Positions 44,467 through 55,378 of a DNA stretch of 64,000 bases are shown piece after piece. The stretch is from Desulfobacteraceae bacterium (GTDB taxonomy: Bacteria > Desulfobacterota > Desulfobacteria > Desulfobacterales > ETH-SRB1). The translations under genes and the position numbers were made by a program. Numbering within the stretch: position 1 is the stretch's first letter; each line of letters begins with the position of its first letter. The DNA lies in assembly GCA_030593145.1 (NCBI GenBank), contig JAUVHU010000001.1:13675-77674 (forward strand), read 5' to 3'. The notes beneath the pieces were generated by a model. It made no database searches. It was not told where the DNA came from and saw nothing but the letters and a program-made list of their open reading frames with translations.

Positions 44467-46146
44467 ATGAGCTTCGAAAATTTGGATTTAATTGACGAGT
44501 TGTTACGGGCGGTTAAAGATCTCGGGTTTGTTGAACCTACGCCCATCCAGACAGATGCAATTCCTGAAATTATTGGAGGGGACAGGGATCTTATAGGGCT
44601 TGCCCAGACCGGAACAGGTAAAACAGTAGCTTTTGGTTTACCTATGATCCAGCTAATTGATTTTGATCTGAAACATACTCAAGGGGTGGTGATTTGTCCT
44701 ACCAGGGAACTCTGCGTGCAGATTTCAGATGATATTAAAAAATTATGTAAATATGTAAAAGGTGCAAAGGTAGTTGCCGTTTATGGCGGCGCCAGCATTG
44801 AAAACCAGAGAAATCAGATCAAAAAAAGCGCTCAGATTATTGTGGCAACACCAGGGAGATTGCTTGATCTTATTAATAGAAAAATAGCAAAGCTTTCTAA
44901 GGTTTCATATGTGGTTCTTGATGAAGCGGATGAAATGCTCAATATGGGATTTCAGGAAGATATAGATGCCATTCTTCAAAACACGCCATCTCAGAAAAAA
45001 ACCTGGCTGTTTTCCGCGACAATGCCCCATCAAGTTGCAAGAATTGCAAAAAAATACATGAAAAATCCCGTTGAGATAACAGTAGGGAAGAAAAATAGTG
45101 GCGCGGAAAATATTTTACATGTGAATTATATCGTTAAAGAAAAAGACAGGTATCAGGCGTTAAAACGAATTATTGATTATTACCCGGATATTTATGGCCT
45201 TGTGTTTTGTCGTACGCGAAGAGAGACACAGGAAATAGCGGAGAAACTGATGAAAGATAGCTATAATGCTGAAGCCATTCATGGTGATCTTTCTCAGGCA
45301 ATACGAGATAAAGTCATGAGCAGATTTAAAACCAAATCTATTCAGATTCTTATTGCGACAGATGTTGCTGCCCGCGGGATAGATGTTCAGGATATCACCC
45401 ATGTCATTAACTATAAACTCCCAGATGAGGCGGGAAACTATACTCACAGAAGCGGCAGAACGGCAAGAGCGGGCAAATCAGGAACATCCATAGTTATCAT
45501 CAATTCTCGGGAAAAAAGCAAACTTCAGTTTATAGAAAGAAAAGCAAGTGTTAAATTTAATTATGCGAAAGTTCCGGAAGGATATGCAATTTGTGAGAAA
45601 CAGCTATATTCCATGATTAGCAAAATGGTAGAAGTTAAAGTAGACCAGAAAGAAATCGAGCGTTTCCTGCCGCTGGTTTATAATGCATTAGACGGTCTTA
45701 CAAAAGAGGAACTCATTCAAAAGTTTGTTTCAAATGAATTTAACCGCTTTCTTAATTATTATAAAGATTCCAAAGATATAAATGTATCCTTGAGAAAAAA
45801 GGAGGATACTTATCGTTCTGTAAAAAAAGATCGACGACAAAAAAAATTAGGATCTGGAAAATCAAAACGGTTTTTCTTAAATACAGGATCTATGGACAAT
45901 CTAAAAAAAGGCACAGTGATAAGAACCCTATGCAGCAGAGCTGGAATTAGCTCTGAAAAGATTGGTCCAATAGAAATCATGCGGGAATTTTCTTTTTTTG
46001 AAGTTGAAACAAGTGTTGCGGCTAAAGTGTTAAAAACAATGAAAGGTGCGAAAATTGATGGTCGAAATATTCGAGTTCAATATGCCGAAGATAAGAAATC
46101 GCAAACCAAACGATCTAAAAAAAGTAAAAAGAGAAAGAAAAGTTAA
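44467..46146 (+). CDS. deaD: DEAD-box RNA helicase with C-terminal DbpA-type RNA-binding domain
   Basis: AQTGTGKT, PTREL, DEADEM, FSAT, ARGID, HRSGRTAR. Confidence 0.9.
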   Translation: MSFENLDLIDELLRAVKDLGFVEPTPIQTDAIPEIIGGDRDLIGLAQTGTGKTVAFGLPMIQLIDFDLKHTQGVVICPTRELCVQISDDIKKLCKYVKGAKVVAVYGGASIENQRNQIKKSAQIIVATPGRLLDLINRKIAKLSKVSYVVLDEADEMLNMGFQEDIDAILQNTPSQKKTWLFSATMPHQVARIAKKYMKNPVEITVGKKNSGAENILHVNYIVKEKDRYQALKRIIDYYPDIYGLVFCRTRRETQEIAEKLMKDSYNAEAIHGDLSQAIRDKVMSRFKTKSIQILIATDVAARGIDVQDITHVINYKLPDEAGNYTHRSGRTARAGKSGTSIVIINSREKSKLQFIERKASVKFNYAKVPEGYAICEKQLYSMISKMVEVKVDQKEIERFLPLVYNALDGLTKEELIQKFVSNEFNRFLNYYKDSKDINVSLRKKEDTYRSVKKDRRQKKLGSGKSKRFFLNTGSMDNLKKGTVIRTLCSRAGISSEKIGPIEIMREFSFFEVETSVAAKVLKTMKGAKIDGRNIRVQYAEDKKSQTKRSKKSKKRKKS

Positions 46147-46167
46147 AATATAAATTTCCAGTATTTA

Positions 46168-46632
46168 TCAGACCGATAAAATAACGTCCTCAATAATGTA
46201 CCTGGTATCCTCATATATTTTCGGATCGTTGCTGGCCCGTGGTCCGGCAATATTAAGAACTTCGATTTCATTTTCAATAATCCATGAATTTATTTTTGAG
46301 ACAGCAATAAAAGCAGAGATTTTATTCATATCTACATGAAGACATGCCCGATCATATTTTTCAGCGAGTTGCCGCGTTAATTTTGAACCACCAGTTAGCT
46401 TCCCATGTGAGATTATTACAGTTCCATCAGAATCGATAACATTCTGTTCCGTGCGTTTTTCATAGCTGTTGGTGGGCATCTCTTTCAGTTTGTATTTGTC
46501 TGGAAGTATACCATCTTCCATTTTTCGTCCTTTAGGAATCCAGCCGCCATGGGGAAAACCATATTTTATGGCAGCATCAAGGGCTGCTTGATCAGCGCCG
46601 GTTTGACCGCCTGAGATTATTTTTTTTATCAT
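46168..46632 (-). CDS. Putative molybdenum-carrier / cpYpsA SLOG-family protein
   Basis: IISGGQTGADQAALD, RTEQNV.DSDGT, LNIAGPRAS. Confidence 0.85.
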   Translation of the reverse strand: MIKKIISGGQTGADQAALDAAIKYGFPHGGWIPKGRKMEDGILPDKYKLKEMPTNSYEKRTEQNVIDSDGTVIISHGKLTGGSKLTRQLAEKYDRACLHVDMNKISAFIAVSKINSWIIENEIEVLNIAGPRASNDPKIYEDTRYIIEDVILSV

Positions 46633-46681
46633 GCGCCCGCCGTTCCTCGTTCTGCTCGTTTCGTCCCGGATGTTGAGCCCC

Positions 46682-47911
46682 TTAAGCTAAAATAATTTTT
46701 AGCCGATCCAAAACAGGTGGATGAGAATAATTTAGAAAAACATATAAAGGATGCGGAATAAGGTTAGAGAGATTATTGACCGAGAGCTTTTTCAGGGCAT
46801 TGGCCATTGACTGAGGGTTTCCGGTGGTTTCTACGGCGAATCTATCGGCTTCGTACTCATTTTTGCGTGAACATATATGCATGAAAATCCCAACAAAAAA
46901 ATCTATTGGTGAGTATAACATCCCGAAAAAAATCAGCCCTGCATAGATGGATTTTTCTTCCATATAAAAAGCATCAAAAAGTCCTTGATATGAAATGAAC
47001 ATGGAGAACAGAAAAAGCATCAGTCCAATCTGTGCAATAGCAATGATAATCATTTGAAGTATATGCTTTTTCTTATAATGCCCCATTTCATGCGCTAAAA
47101 CCGCTAAAAGTTCAGGCGTTGTGTGTTGATCTATCATTGTGTCAAACAGGACAATGCGCTTGTGCTTGCCAAAACCGGTAAAAAAAGCATTGGATTTGCT
47201 GGAACGCCTGGAGCCATCCATGACAAAAACATTTTCCAGCGGAAAATTTATGGAATGCGCATAAGACATGATGGCTTGCTTGAGCTCTCCATCTTCAAGT
47301 GGATTGAATTTATTAAAAAGAGGCATAATCCAGGTGGGAGCTATAAACTGAACCGCAAGCATAAATATGGTGACAGCTATCCAGCAATACAACCAGGCAT
47401 TGGCTCCGGCATATTCAAAAAAAATCAGTATGCCAGCTAAAAGAGGCGTTCCAACCAATACTGAAAGGACCGACACCTTGATTATATCGATTACAAAAGT
47501 GGGCCATGTGGTTTTGTTGAAGCCAAAACGTTCTTCAATTACAAAGGTTGAGTAGATGCTGAAAGGAAGAGACAAAAAAACTTTAAGCAACAGCAAAGTT
47601 CCTATATAGATCAGGCCGGTCGTGATAGATTCCAGGTTCCAGGATCGCACCCATTGATCCAGAAGGGGAAATCCCTTCCCGAACCAGAATATGAGGATTA
47701 CAAATATATTGAATGTGGATGTAATCCATCCGAATTTTGTATTTACTCGGAGATATTCCTGGGATTTTCGATAATGGTCTTTATCATAAAATCCATGAAA
47801 GGCTTCAGGAAGCTCATCCCGCAACATTTTGAGATTCAAAAAATCGGCCAGGCCGTGCAGTATAAAGTCAACAGCAATGGCTACCAGAATGATTCCAGCG
47901 ATAAAGTTCAT
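46682..47911 (-). CDS. M48 (Ste24/CAAX-like) membrane zinc metallopeptidase
   Basis: DGSRRS..SNAFFTG, HEMGH, EYEAD, YSHPP. Confidence 0.93.
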   Translation of the reverse strand: MNFIAGIILVAIAVDFILHGLADFLNLKMLRDELPEAFHGFYDKDHYRKSQEYLRVNTKFGWITSTFNIFVILIFWFGKGFPLLDQWVRSWNLESITTGLIYIGTLLLLKVFLSLPFSIYSTFVIEERFGFNKTTWPTFVIDIIKVSVLSVLVGTPLLAGILIFFEYAGANAWLYCWIAVTIFMLAVQFIAPTWIMPLFNKFNPLEDGELKQAIMSYAHSINFPLENVFVMDGSRRSSKSNAFFTGFGKHKRIVLFDTMIDQHTTPELLAVLAHEMGHYKKKHILQMIIIAIAQIGLMLFLFSMFISYQGLFDAFYMEEKSIYAGLIFFGMLYSPIDFFVGIFMHICSRKNEYEADRFAVETTGNPQSMANALKKLSVNNLSNLIPHPLYVFLNYSHPPVLDRLKIILA

Positions 47912-48148
47912 AGGAGAATTTCTTATAAAAGGATAAATAAAAAAAGAATAAGAAAAAAGGCAGAAAGGGTCAATATAAAGTTTAGTGCAACAGGAAGAGA
48001 TGTCGTCTCGCCTATCTGAAACCCAAATCGTCTATACTGATAAAAATTTGTTCAAAGCCAATTTCTCAAACCGCTTTGGTTTTTTTGCCGGGAAAAGCAT
48101 TTACACTTATAGAAAGTTTATGCTAAAAAATTAATTTCAAAGCTCAAC

Positions 48149-48311
48149 TTAGGAAGCAAGTATAAATAAGCTGTACGGATTGCGCCGTAATTTTGTTTGT
48201 TTTCAAGGCGCGTTAAGGCGCGCATAACGAGTTATGTGAGCCTTGACGGAACACAGAAAACAAGCAAAAGGACAAGCAAGGTGTATAAGTTATTTTTACT
48301 TGACGACTTAG
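48149..48311. mobile_element. MITE-like palindromic element upstream of glnS
   Basis: CAAGTATAAATAA ... TTATTTTTACTTG inverted ends; ACTTAGG repeated at both borders; internal hairpins. Confidence 0.5.
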
Positions 48312-48337
48312 GTATAAAAAAGAACAGGAAATATTGA

Positions 48338-50047
48338 ATGAACAATAATACAAATGAACTGTCTCGACCGTCAAACTTTATCCGCAATATTATTGCTGAA
48401 GATTTGAAGGCAAATAAAAACAATGGTCGTATTGTAACCCGCTTTCCTCCTGAACCAAACGGGTATCTTCATATCGGACATGCCAAGTCGATCTGTCTTA
48501 ATTTTGGGATTGCGGCCGAACACGATGGAGGCGTTTGCAATCTGCGATTTGATGATACAGATCCGGTCAAGGAGGATATCGAATATGTAGAATCAATAAA
48601 AGCAGATGTCAGGTGGCTTGGCTTTAACTGGGGCAGTCGGCTTTATTATACATCAGACTATTTTGAAAAACTCTACCAATATGCTGCTGAGTTGATAAAA
48701 AAGGGCAAGGCCTATGTGTGCAGCCTGAGTGCGGAAGAAATAAGAAAGCATCGCGGCACCTTGACCGAGCCGGGGAAAGACAGCCACTGGCGCAACCGTT
48801 CAATCGAAGAAAATCTGGATATGTTTGAGCGTATGCGGGCGGGCGAATTTGAAGACGGGGAACATGTGCTTCGAGCAAAAATTGATATGCAATCCCCGAA
48901 TTTAAATATGCGTGATCCTGTTATTTATCGCATTAAGCACATGGCACATCATAAAACCGGTGACAGATGGTGCATTTATCCGATGTACGATTACGCTCAT
49001 TGTCTTTCCGATTCAATTGAAGGGATTACACATTCCCTCTGCACCCTGGAATTTGAAGATCATCGGCCTCTTTATGACTGGATACTTGACGAGCTGAATG
49101 TTGATTGTCATCCTCAGCAAATCGAGTTTGCCAGACTCAACATGACTTACACCGTGATGAGCAAGCGGAAACTTTTGAAACTGGTTGAGCAGGGGCATGT
49201 TTCCGGATGGGACGACCCTCGCATGCCAACCCTGTCCGGCATGCGGAGACGCGGTTATACGCCGGAATCTATCAGAACTTTTTGTGAACGCATCGGAATA
49301 GCAAAAAAGGAAAGTATCGTAGATTTTGCATTGTTAGAGTACTGCGTAAGGGAAGATTTAAACGAACGATCTCCCAGGGTTATGGGCGTTTTGCATCCCC
49401 TTCGCGTGGTTATTGAAAACTATCCAAAAGACCTGACAGAGGAGCTGGAGGCTCAGAATCACCCGACAAATCCGGACATGGGGACTCGGAAGGTTCCATT
49501 TTCACGGGTGCTTTATATTGAGCAGGATGATTTTCGTGAAGATCCGCCCAAAAAGTTTTTCCGACTGGCTCCAGGCCGTGAAGTAAGGCTGAGATACGCT
49601 TATTATATCAAGTGTGAGCAGGTGATAAAGGATGAACAAACCGGTAAAATTATTGAGCTGCGCTGCACGTATGATCCTGAAACAAAAGGAGGATGGTCTT
49701 CGGATGGACGCAAGGTCAGGGGAACTCTTCACTGGGTTTCCGCGCCTCATGCAATCAAGGCAGAAGTCCGCCTGTATGATCGTCAGTTTATAAAAGAAAA
49801 CCCGGCAACGGGCAAAGACAGCGCTGATTTTATGAATTGTTTGAATCCAAACTCCCTGGAAATACTAACATCCTGCCATGTTGAACCAATTCTTGCGAGC
49901 GCAAAACCGGAAAGCCGGTATCAGTTTGAAAGGCTTGGTTATTTCTGCGTGGATTCTGTTGATTCGCATGAAGGGGCGCTCGTATTTAACCGGACAGCAA
50001 CTTTGCGGGATTCATGGGCAAGGATTGAAAAAAAGCAGGGCCGCTGA
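48338..50047 (+). CDS. glnS: Glutamine--tRNA ligase
   Basis: [40 protein letters not shown]. Confidence 0.97.
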   Translation: MNNNTNELSRPSNFIRNIIAEDLKANKNNGRIVTRFPPEPNGYLHIGHAKSICLNFGIAAEHDGGVCNLRFDDTDPVKEDIEYVESIKADVRWLGFNWGSRLYYTSDYFEKLYQYAAELIKKGKAYVCSLSAEEIRKHRGTLTEPGKDSHWRNRSIEENLDMFERMRAGEFEDGEHVLRAKIDMQSPNLNMRDPVIYRIKHMAHHKTGDRWCIYPMYDYAHCLSDSIEGITHSLCTLEFEDHRPLYDWILDELNVDCHPQQIEFARLNMTYTVMSKRKLLKLVEQGHVSGWDDPRMPTLSGMRRRGYTPESIRTFCERIGIAKKESIVDFALLEYCVREDLNERSPRVMGVLHPLRVVIENYPKDLTEELEAQNHPTNPDMGTRKVPFSRVLYIEQDDFREDPPKKFFRLAPGREVRLRYAYYIKCEQVIKDEQTGKIIELRCTYDPETKGGWSSDGRKVRGTLHWVSAPHAIKAEVRLYDRQFIKENPATGKDSADFMNCLNPNSLEILTSCHVEPILASAKPESRYQFERLGYFCVDSVDSHEGALVFNRTATLRDSWARIEKKQGR

Positions 50048-50222
50048 CCGAGTCCTTAACCCGTTATCCAAACACTGCAAGATTTGATACCGATTCTTTC
50101 CTCAGTTTCTATTCACTGATTTTATCAGGCATACAATTCGAATAACATATCCCCTAAGGCAAGAATCAATGGTTTTTGAATTGGATTGAAAGCAGATTGA
50201 ATGAATCGGAATCCGGGTGTTT

Positions 50223-52850
50223 TTACTCCCATTCGCCAATCAGGATGAAAGGTGCCCAGAAAAATGGATGGGAGGCGCCGGTTTGAATCTTTTTGTTCCG
50301 TCCGGCGATCGTGACGCCACGGCTGAGATCAGTGGAGGCCAGGCTTTGGCTTTTCAATTCCTGCTTGGCCAGTTTGAGCGCATCTTCTTTGGATCTTCCG
50401 AGCTTGAGATGCGAGTAAAAGCTCTTCATCAGGACGGCCGTGGAATTCGACTCCACGCTCCAGAGACTCACGATGACTGATTTGGCTCCTGCGAGCATGA
50501 AGGCGCGGCTTAAGCCCACGATTCCCTCTCCGGCGATCTCTTTTCCCAGGGCCGTCTTGCAGGCCGATAGGACAACGGCATCGGCGTTGAGCTTGAGTTC
50601 CAGAATCTCGCTCATCTTGAGGAAGCCATCTTCAGGGTTGCGGTTTCCCGGCTGGCTTAGAACCAGCGCTGGTTCCAGGATATAAGGAATGTCGCCGCTC
50701 AAAAGACCGTGAGTGGCAAAATGGATATACCGGTAAATGCCGAGATCGGATTTCAAAAGTTCGCTTTTGGAGGCGTCCATATCGAGCTTGATGTTACGGT
50801 CATTGGCTTGGTACCCGAAGAGAGAGCCGATTTTCAGAACCTCGTCGCGGGTCTCAGGCAGGCGGGGCAAAGAGAAGCCGTTTCGGATCAGGGCGCTGCG
50901 CAAATTGAAACCAGGCGTCTGGTCGGCTGATGCCAGGACGATGTTGTCGAACTTTCTTTGGCTGTAACGCACATCCGAATCCTCATAGACCGGATCGCCG
51001 AGTGCAAACAGGGGCCGGGATAATTTGGGATTCTCTTTGAACCGCCGCATGGTCGCCATGATCGAGGCGGAGGGATAATAGCTGATCTTGTATTTTTCTC
51101 CCAGGTATTGAATCGCATTTTTTGTTCTGCCAGTCGTTAATGCCTCGAAGGGAAGCATATTCAGAACGCCGTCGGGGGTAATGATAATGTTTTTGTCGGG
51201 GTCTATCCGGCTGAGAGCTTCTTCCATCAAGAGCCTGCCCAGGGCTTGCCCTTTTTCGGGGTCGTAGGCGTCCAATCGGTCCGGATTTTCAAGCTCACTC
51301 CTAAAATCTCCGACTTTTCGGATAAGTTCCTTCCGATTCACGGCAATTTCGATGACCGACGGTTTCTTGCCTTTTTCGATGATCCAGAGAAAGGTTTTTC
51401 TGGGATTAACCTTGTAGGCGAGGAGCACCTCGTTGGCGCGCAGCGGGATATTTCCGGCCATGACCGGCTCCGGATAGCGGATGGAGGCATAATCCGGATA
51501 CTCTTTCCGTAACTTGGCGATCAACTCATCGAGTTCGCGTTTTGATTTTTTCAGGATTTCTCGCTGTGCTTCCGACTGACCGTTTCCGGAGGTCTGGATC
51601 GAGTCAAGGGTGCTGAGCAATCGCCGCTCCTGTTCAGCCAGCTCGCGGGGGATCCTGTCGGCGAGGGCTACTGTTCTGGCTTTGTAGAGCAGTTCGAGAA
51701 AGGATCGGGCCTTGGTACTTTCGGCGTAGAAGAAGGCCACTTCCATGGGCGTGAGGCTTGCTTTGGCAAATCGCGCATCAAGGCGAACTTCGTCCGGTGT
51801 TCGATCTGCTGCCGTGAGCAGGATGTCGATGGCATGTTCATAGATGGCGATCTTATTGGCCAGGAAAAAGGATCGGAACTCCGTCGAACTCAGGCTGCCT
51901 CTCAAATCCTCAATGAACTTGATAGCGGTGTTGTAGTAGAGCAGCGCCTGGGCATTGCGGCCTTGCTCTTCATTCAAAAGCCCCAGACCATAATTGGCGT
52001 ACATCTGTTTTTCGGAGTATTGCAGGTTCATGACGGACAGGAGTCCCAATCCTTCTCGAAAGGACATGGCGGCCTCGCTGTATTTTTTCAAAGACACCTG
52101 ACAAAAGCCGATGTTGTTGAGGATGTCCACGATATCCGACGTGTTGTAACTTTTCCGGGCAAGGTCGAGGGCGTGCTGATAATGGGTGATTGCTTTTCGG
52201 TAACGGCCAAGGGCGAAAAGGGTTGTGCCTAAGGAGGAATAGACCGATTGTTTGAGCTTGTTATCCTTGTAGCTGTCGCTGTTGGAAAGTGTCCGGGTGA
52301 AGATGTCCAGCGCTTGGGATAAACGGCCTTGCTGTGCGAGGGTCTCCCCCATGCTGAGCGCAATGAGCGGATGTTCGCCTTTTGTGGACTCACGATCGCC
52401 ATGCTGGGCCGCCGCCAAAATCTCCGCGGCCTTATCCGTATCCCCGATTTTTTTGTAGCAATCTGCCAGTCCGACAGTCGTCAGGACGAACCCCTCCTTG
52501 TATCGGCTGCTTTTGGCGGCGGATAACGATTGATTAAAATAGGACAGCGCTTTGTCGTATTCGTTTCGATCAAGATATGCCTTGCCCATATAGCGGCAAA
52601 GATCGGAGGTCTTTTTCCCATTGCCAGCATAAAACGTCAGAGCCTCGCGCATGGAGGACAGAAACTTGTCGAAGGAACCTTCGCGCAGGTAATCCAGGCC
52701 TTCCTGGGTGAGTATCTCTCCCTTGCTTTTGGTGGTGATCAGGAAGAGAGGATGGTAGTTGGCAAGACTTTCGGAAGGGGTCAAGCCTCGGAGCCCACAA
52801 CCGCTGGTGCAGAGAATCAGGACAATCAACAGCCATCGCTTCAGCCGCAT
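50223..52850 (-). CDS. Lipoprotein TPR-CHAT (caspase-like) protease
   Basis: Signal II ..ILCTSGC; multiple TPRs; CHAT motifs PDGVLNMLPFEAL, HFATHG, VLSACKT, SLWSV, HPFFWAPF. Confidence 0.9.
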   Translation of the reverse strand: MRLKRWLLIVLILCTSGCGLRGLTPSESLANYHPLFLITTKSKGEILTQEGLDYLREGSFDKFLSSMREALTFYAGNGKKTSDLCRYMGKAYLDRNEYDKALSYFNQSLSAAKSSRYKEGFVLTTVGLADCYKKIGDTDKAAEILAAAQHGDRESTKGEHPLIALSMGETLAQQGRLSQALDIFTRTLSNSDSYKDNKLKQSVYSSLGTTLFALGRYRKAITHYQHALDLARKSYNTSDIVDILNNIGFCQVSLKKYSEAAMSFREGLGLLSVMNLQYSEKQMYANYGLGLLNEEQGRNAQALLYYNTAIKFIEDLRGSLSSTEFRSFFLANKIAIYEHAIDILLTAADRTPDEVRLDARFAKASLTPMEVAFFYAESTKARSFLELLYKARTVALADRIPRELAEQERRLLSTLDSIQTSGNGQSEAQREILKKSKRELDELIAKLRKEYPDYASIRYPEPVMAGNIPLRANEVLLAYKVNPRKTFLWIIEKGKKPSVIEIAVNRKELIRKVGDFRSELENPDRLDAYDPEKGQALGRLLMEEALSRIDPDKNIIITPDGVLNMLPFEALTTGRTKNAIQYLGEKYKISYYPSASIMATMRRFKENPKLSRPLFALGDPVYEDSDVRYSQRKFDNIVLASADQTPGFNLRSALIRNGFSLPRLPETRDEVLKIGSLFGYQANDRNIKLDMDASKSELLKSDLGIYRYIHFATHGLLSGDIPYILEPALVLSQPGNRNPEDGFLKMSEILELKLNADAVVLSACKTALGKEIAGEGIVGLSRAFMLAGAKSVIVSLWSVESNSTAVLMKSFYSHLKLGRSKEDALKLAKQELKSQSLASTDLSRGVTIAGRNKKIQTGASHPFFWAPFILIGEWE

Positions 52851-52865
52851 GGTGTACCTCTTGAA

Positions 52866-53489
52866 TCAATAAAATTCATCAAGCTTCCGGGAAAATTCCT
52901 TCAGGAGGTTGTCTATGGCCTCGTTAACCGCGTAGTGCGCCATATCATAGTTCGTTTCCATTTTGATCTGATTTAACATGTTTCTACTTCCATTCCGCTT
53001 GACGTTGAAACTACGCAGCCGCCGTCCGTTCCCGGCGAAGATTTCCGTTTCCAGCTCCACGGCGGCGGTATGAGAACCCAAGCCCGTAAAGGGAGGCGAA
53101 TACTTGAAGGATTTGATCCGGGGAACGAAATAAATATCGACATCGTGGATTTCACTTACCTCGTGAGCAACGGCGACGTTTCCGAATTTACTGGAGACAA
53201 TTCCGTAAAGAGCTTGGGACAGATTTTTGCCGACATCTATTTCCCCCTTCACGTTTGCCAGCAAGAACATTTGCATGCCCGTTTCAAAGGCATATTTGTA
53301 GTTGGTGAATTGTTTGTCGAGCAGGAGCCCCGCTTTCAGGGAACTTTTCTTTGTATTCTCGGTCGAAATTTTTGGCTCAACCGAAATTTTTCGCAAGTTC
53401 ATGGTACCACATCCGGAAAGAAACAACGCGATGAAGCATAACAGAAGCACAAATTTGTTCATGAAACCCGCTTTTGATTTTTTATACAT
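52866..53489 (-). CDS. Hypothetical lipoprotein (start may be 53462)
   Basis: Lipobox LFLSGC after a hydrophobic stretch; 15 bp from the CHAT gene. Confidence 0.8.
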   Translation of the reverse strand: MYKKSKAGFMNKFVLLLCFIALFLSGCGTMNLRKISVEPKISTENTKKSSLKAGLLLDKQFTNYKYAFETGMQMFLLANVKGEIDVGKNLSQALYGIVSSKFGNVAVAHEVSEIHDVDIYFVPRIKSFKYSPPFTGLGSHTAAVELETEIFAGNGRRLRSFNVKRNGSRNMLNQIKMETNYDMAHYAVNEAIDNLLKEFSRKLDEFY

Positions 53490-53860
53490 AATGGTTTTTT
53501 GTAAGCAAACTTCACCGGGTTGTCAAACATTATTCACGCTTCCGATTTCGGAGAAGCCGCTGGCGATGATTGCTTTTTGTTCCGGACATAGAGGCTTGTT
53601 TAATAAGGATATCATGCGATTAAATAATAATTTATACCAATTCCTATTTAGGATCAACCTATTCACGAGATTCACTCAACTTTTTCTTTGTGTACACTGA
53701 TTGTTTTTTCTGGCGGGATTCAGCCGGACATGCGCAATCAGACGTTTTAAAATGCTGTTGACAAAGTCCAGTAACTTATTGACATAAATTTAGAATCAAG
53801 GTAAATTTAATAAATTTGCATCAAAATTGAGCATTACCTGGAAGGTCATGGGAGATTCTT

Positions 53861-55372
53861 ATGAATAGAGTAGCGGTTTTATCGATCCCAATCGTTTTGT
53901 TTGTTTTTATTATCTTTCCTTCTTATGTGTTCGGAGAAAGTTCAGTATTGCGTGAGGGGATTGAGCAGCACAAACAGGAGAATTACGAAGAGGCCATTGA
54001 CCTCTTGAAAAAGGCTCGCAAGGAAGATCCAAAATCTTCCAGCGCAGCCTTTTTTTTAGGTATGGCCTACAAGCAGGTGATGGATTATCAAAAGGCATCG
54101 GAACACTTAAGTGATGCCGTGACTCTCACCCCCCGGATTAAAGAGGCCTTAATAGAGCTGACAGAGGTTCTGTACCTGTGGGGAAAACTTGATGAAGCGA
54201 AAAAATGGATCGAAATAGCAGAAAAAGAAGAAATTTTCCCGGCCAGAATAGCCTTCCTGAAAGGGCTGGTTCTCCAAAAGGAAGGTAGTAACTTAGAGGC
54301 GGTAGAGTCTTTTGAAAAGGCGAAATCCCTGGACGCGACAATCACACAAGCAGTCGAGGTACAGATTGCCTTATGTTACCTGAAGGAAAGGAAACTCAAA
54401 AAGGCCAAAGACCGGTTTCAGGCTGCCATTCAGCATGATCCCCAAAGCGATCTAGCCGGTTTTGCCCGGCGATATGAGGATTTGGTTGAAAAGAGAATAT
54501 TTCTTGAAAGGCCGGTACGGGTTACGCTTGGCCTTTTCGGTCAATACGATACCAATGTGGTGCTTAAGCCCACAGAGGCATCATTGGCGGCAGATGTTAC
54601 GGATGAGGAGAGCTATGCCACTACTACCACGATCAGAGTAGATTATGTGCCGATTATCGAAGGCCCGTGGATCTTCAATGCACAGTATTCCTTTTATGGC
54701 AATTTTCATGATAAGCATTCTACCACCCATGATGTTATCAGCAACGGTATTTACATAGCGCCTGGGTATAACTTTGGGAAATATGCTCTGAATCTGGCTG
54801 TTCGTTACAACCATACGCTCGTGCGCAATCCAAGTTATAAAAAATATGTGGACTCCTTTAGCGCCGGCCCTCTGTTACGAACACTTGTAGGTAAAAATAA
54901 CATTCTGGAACTATACGCGGGTCTTGACAAGAAAGAGTATTTTCGGCCGCCGTTAAGTCCGGAAGAAGACAGGGATTCAAACACCCTGAGCACCTATATT
55001 AGCTGGATCCGGTTATTCAAAGATGGGGCCTTTTTCAACCTGAAATATGAATTCAGTGATGTGGATGCTGATGGAAGAAACTGGGAGAATAACGGGCACA
55101 GGTTTTCAGCAAACACGAGTATTCCGTTGATCGAAAAACTGAAATTACAAGTAAGTGGACAGGCGTTCCTGCAAGATTACAAGTATACTCATACTACATT
55201 TGACAAGGAAAGAGAGGATAAGATTTATCAGGGCTCTTTAGGTTTCACACGGGAATTTTTTGAGTCTGCAAATCTTGTGCTTCAATACACCAAAACCAGG
55301 GCCGACTCAAACATAGGTATTTACGACTATAAACGAGAGGTTTACACGGCAGGTGTTGAGTATAGGTTTTGA
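53861..55372 (+). CDS. TPR plus outer-membrane beta-barrel protein (Slam/DUF560-like)
   Basis: Signal peptide, N-terminal TPRs, YDTNV at barrel start, alternating beta strands, C-terminal GVEYRF. Confidence 0.75.
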   Translation: MNRVAVLSIPIVLFVFIIFPSYVFGESSVLREGIEQHKQENYEEAIDLLKKARKEDPKSSSAAFFLGMAYKQVMDYQKASEHLSDAVTLTPRIKEALIELTEVLYLWGKLDEAKKWIEIAEKEEIFPARIAFLKGLVLQKEGSNLEAVESFEKAKSLDATITQAVEVQIALCYLKERKLKKAKDRFQAAIQHDPQSDLAGFARRYEDLVEKRIFLERPVRVTLGLFGQYDTNVVLKPTEASLAADVTDEESYATTTTIRVDYVPIIEGPWIFNAQYSFYGNFHDKHSTTHDVISNGIYIAPGYNFGKYALNLAVRYNHTLVRNPSYKKYVDSFSAGPLLRTLVGKNNILELYAGLDKKEYFRPPLSPEEDRDSNTLSTYISWIRLFKDGAFFNLKYEFSDVDADGRNWENNGHRFSANTSIPLIEKLKLQVSGQAFLQDYKYTHTTFDKEREDKIYQGSLGFTREFFESANLVLQYTKTRADSNIGIYDYKREVYTAGVEYRF

Positions 55373-55378
55373 TCGTCT

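Noticed and set aside
46633-46681. Possible attC-like site (GCTCAAC on the minus strand)
   Set aside because: No matching GTTRRRY end, no extended hairpin, no integron integrase
53560-53575. Possible sigma54 promoter TGGCGATGATTGC
   Set aside because: GG-to-GC spacing is 8 nt rather than the required 10
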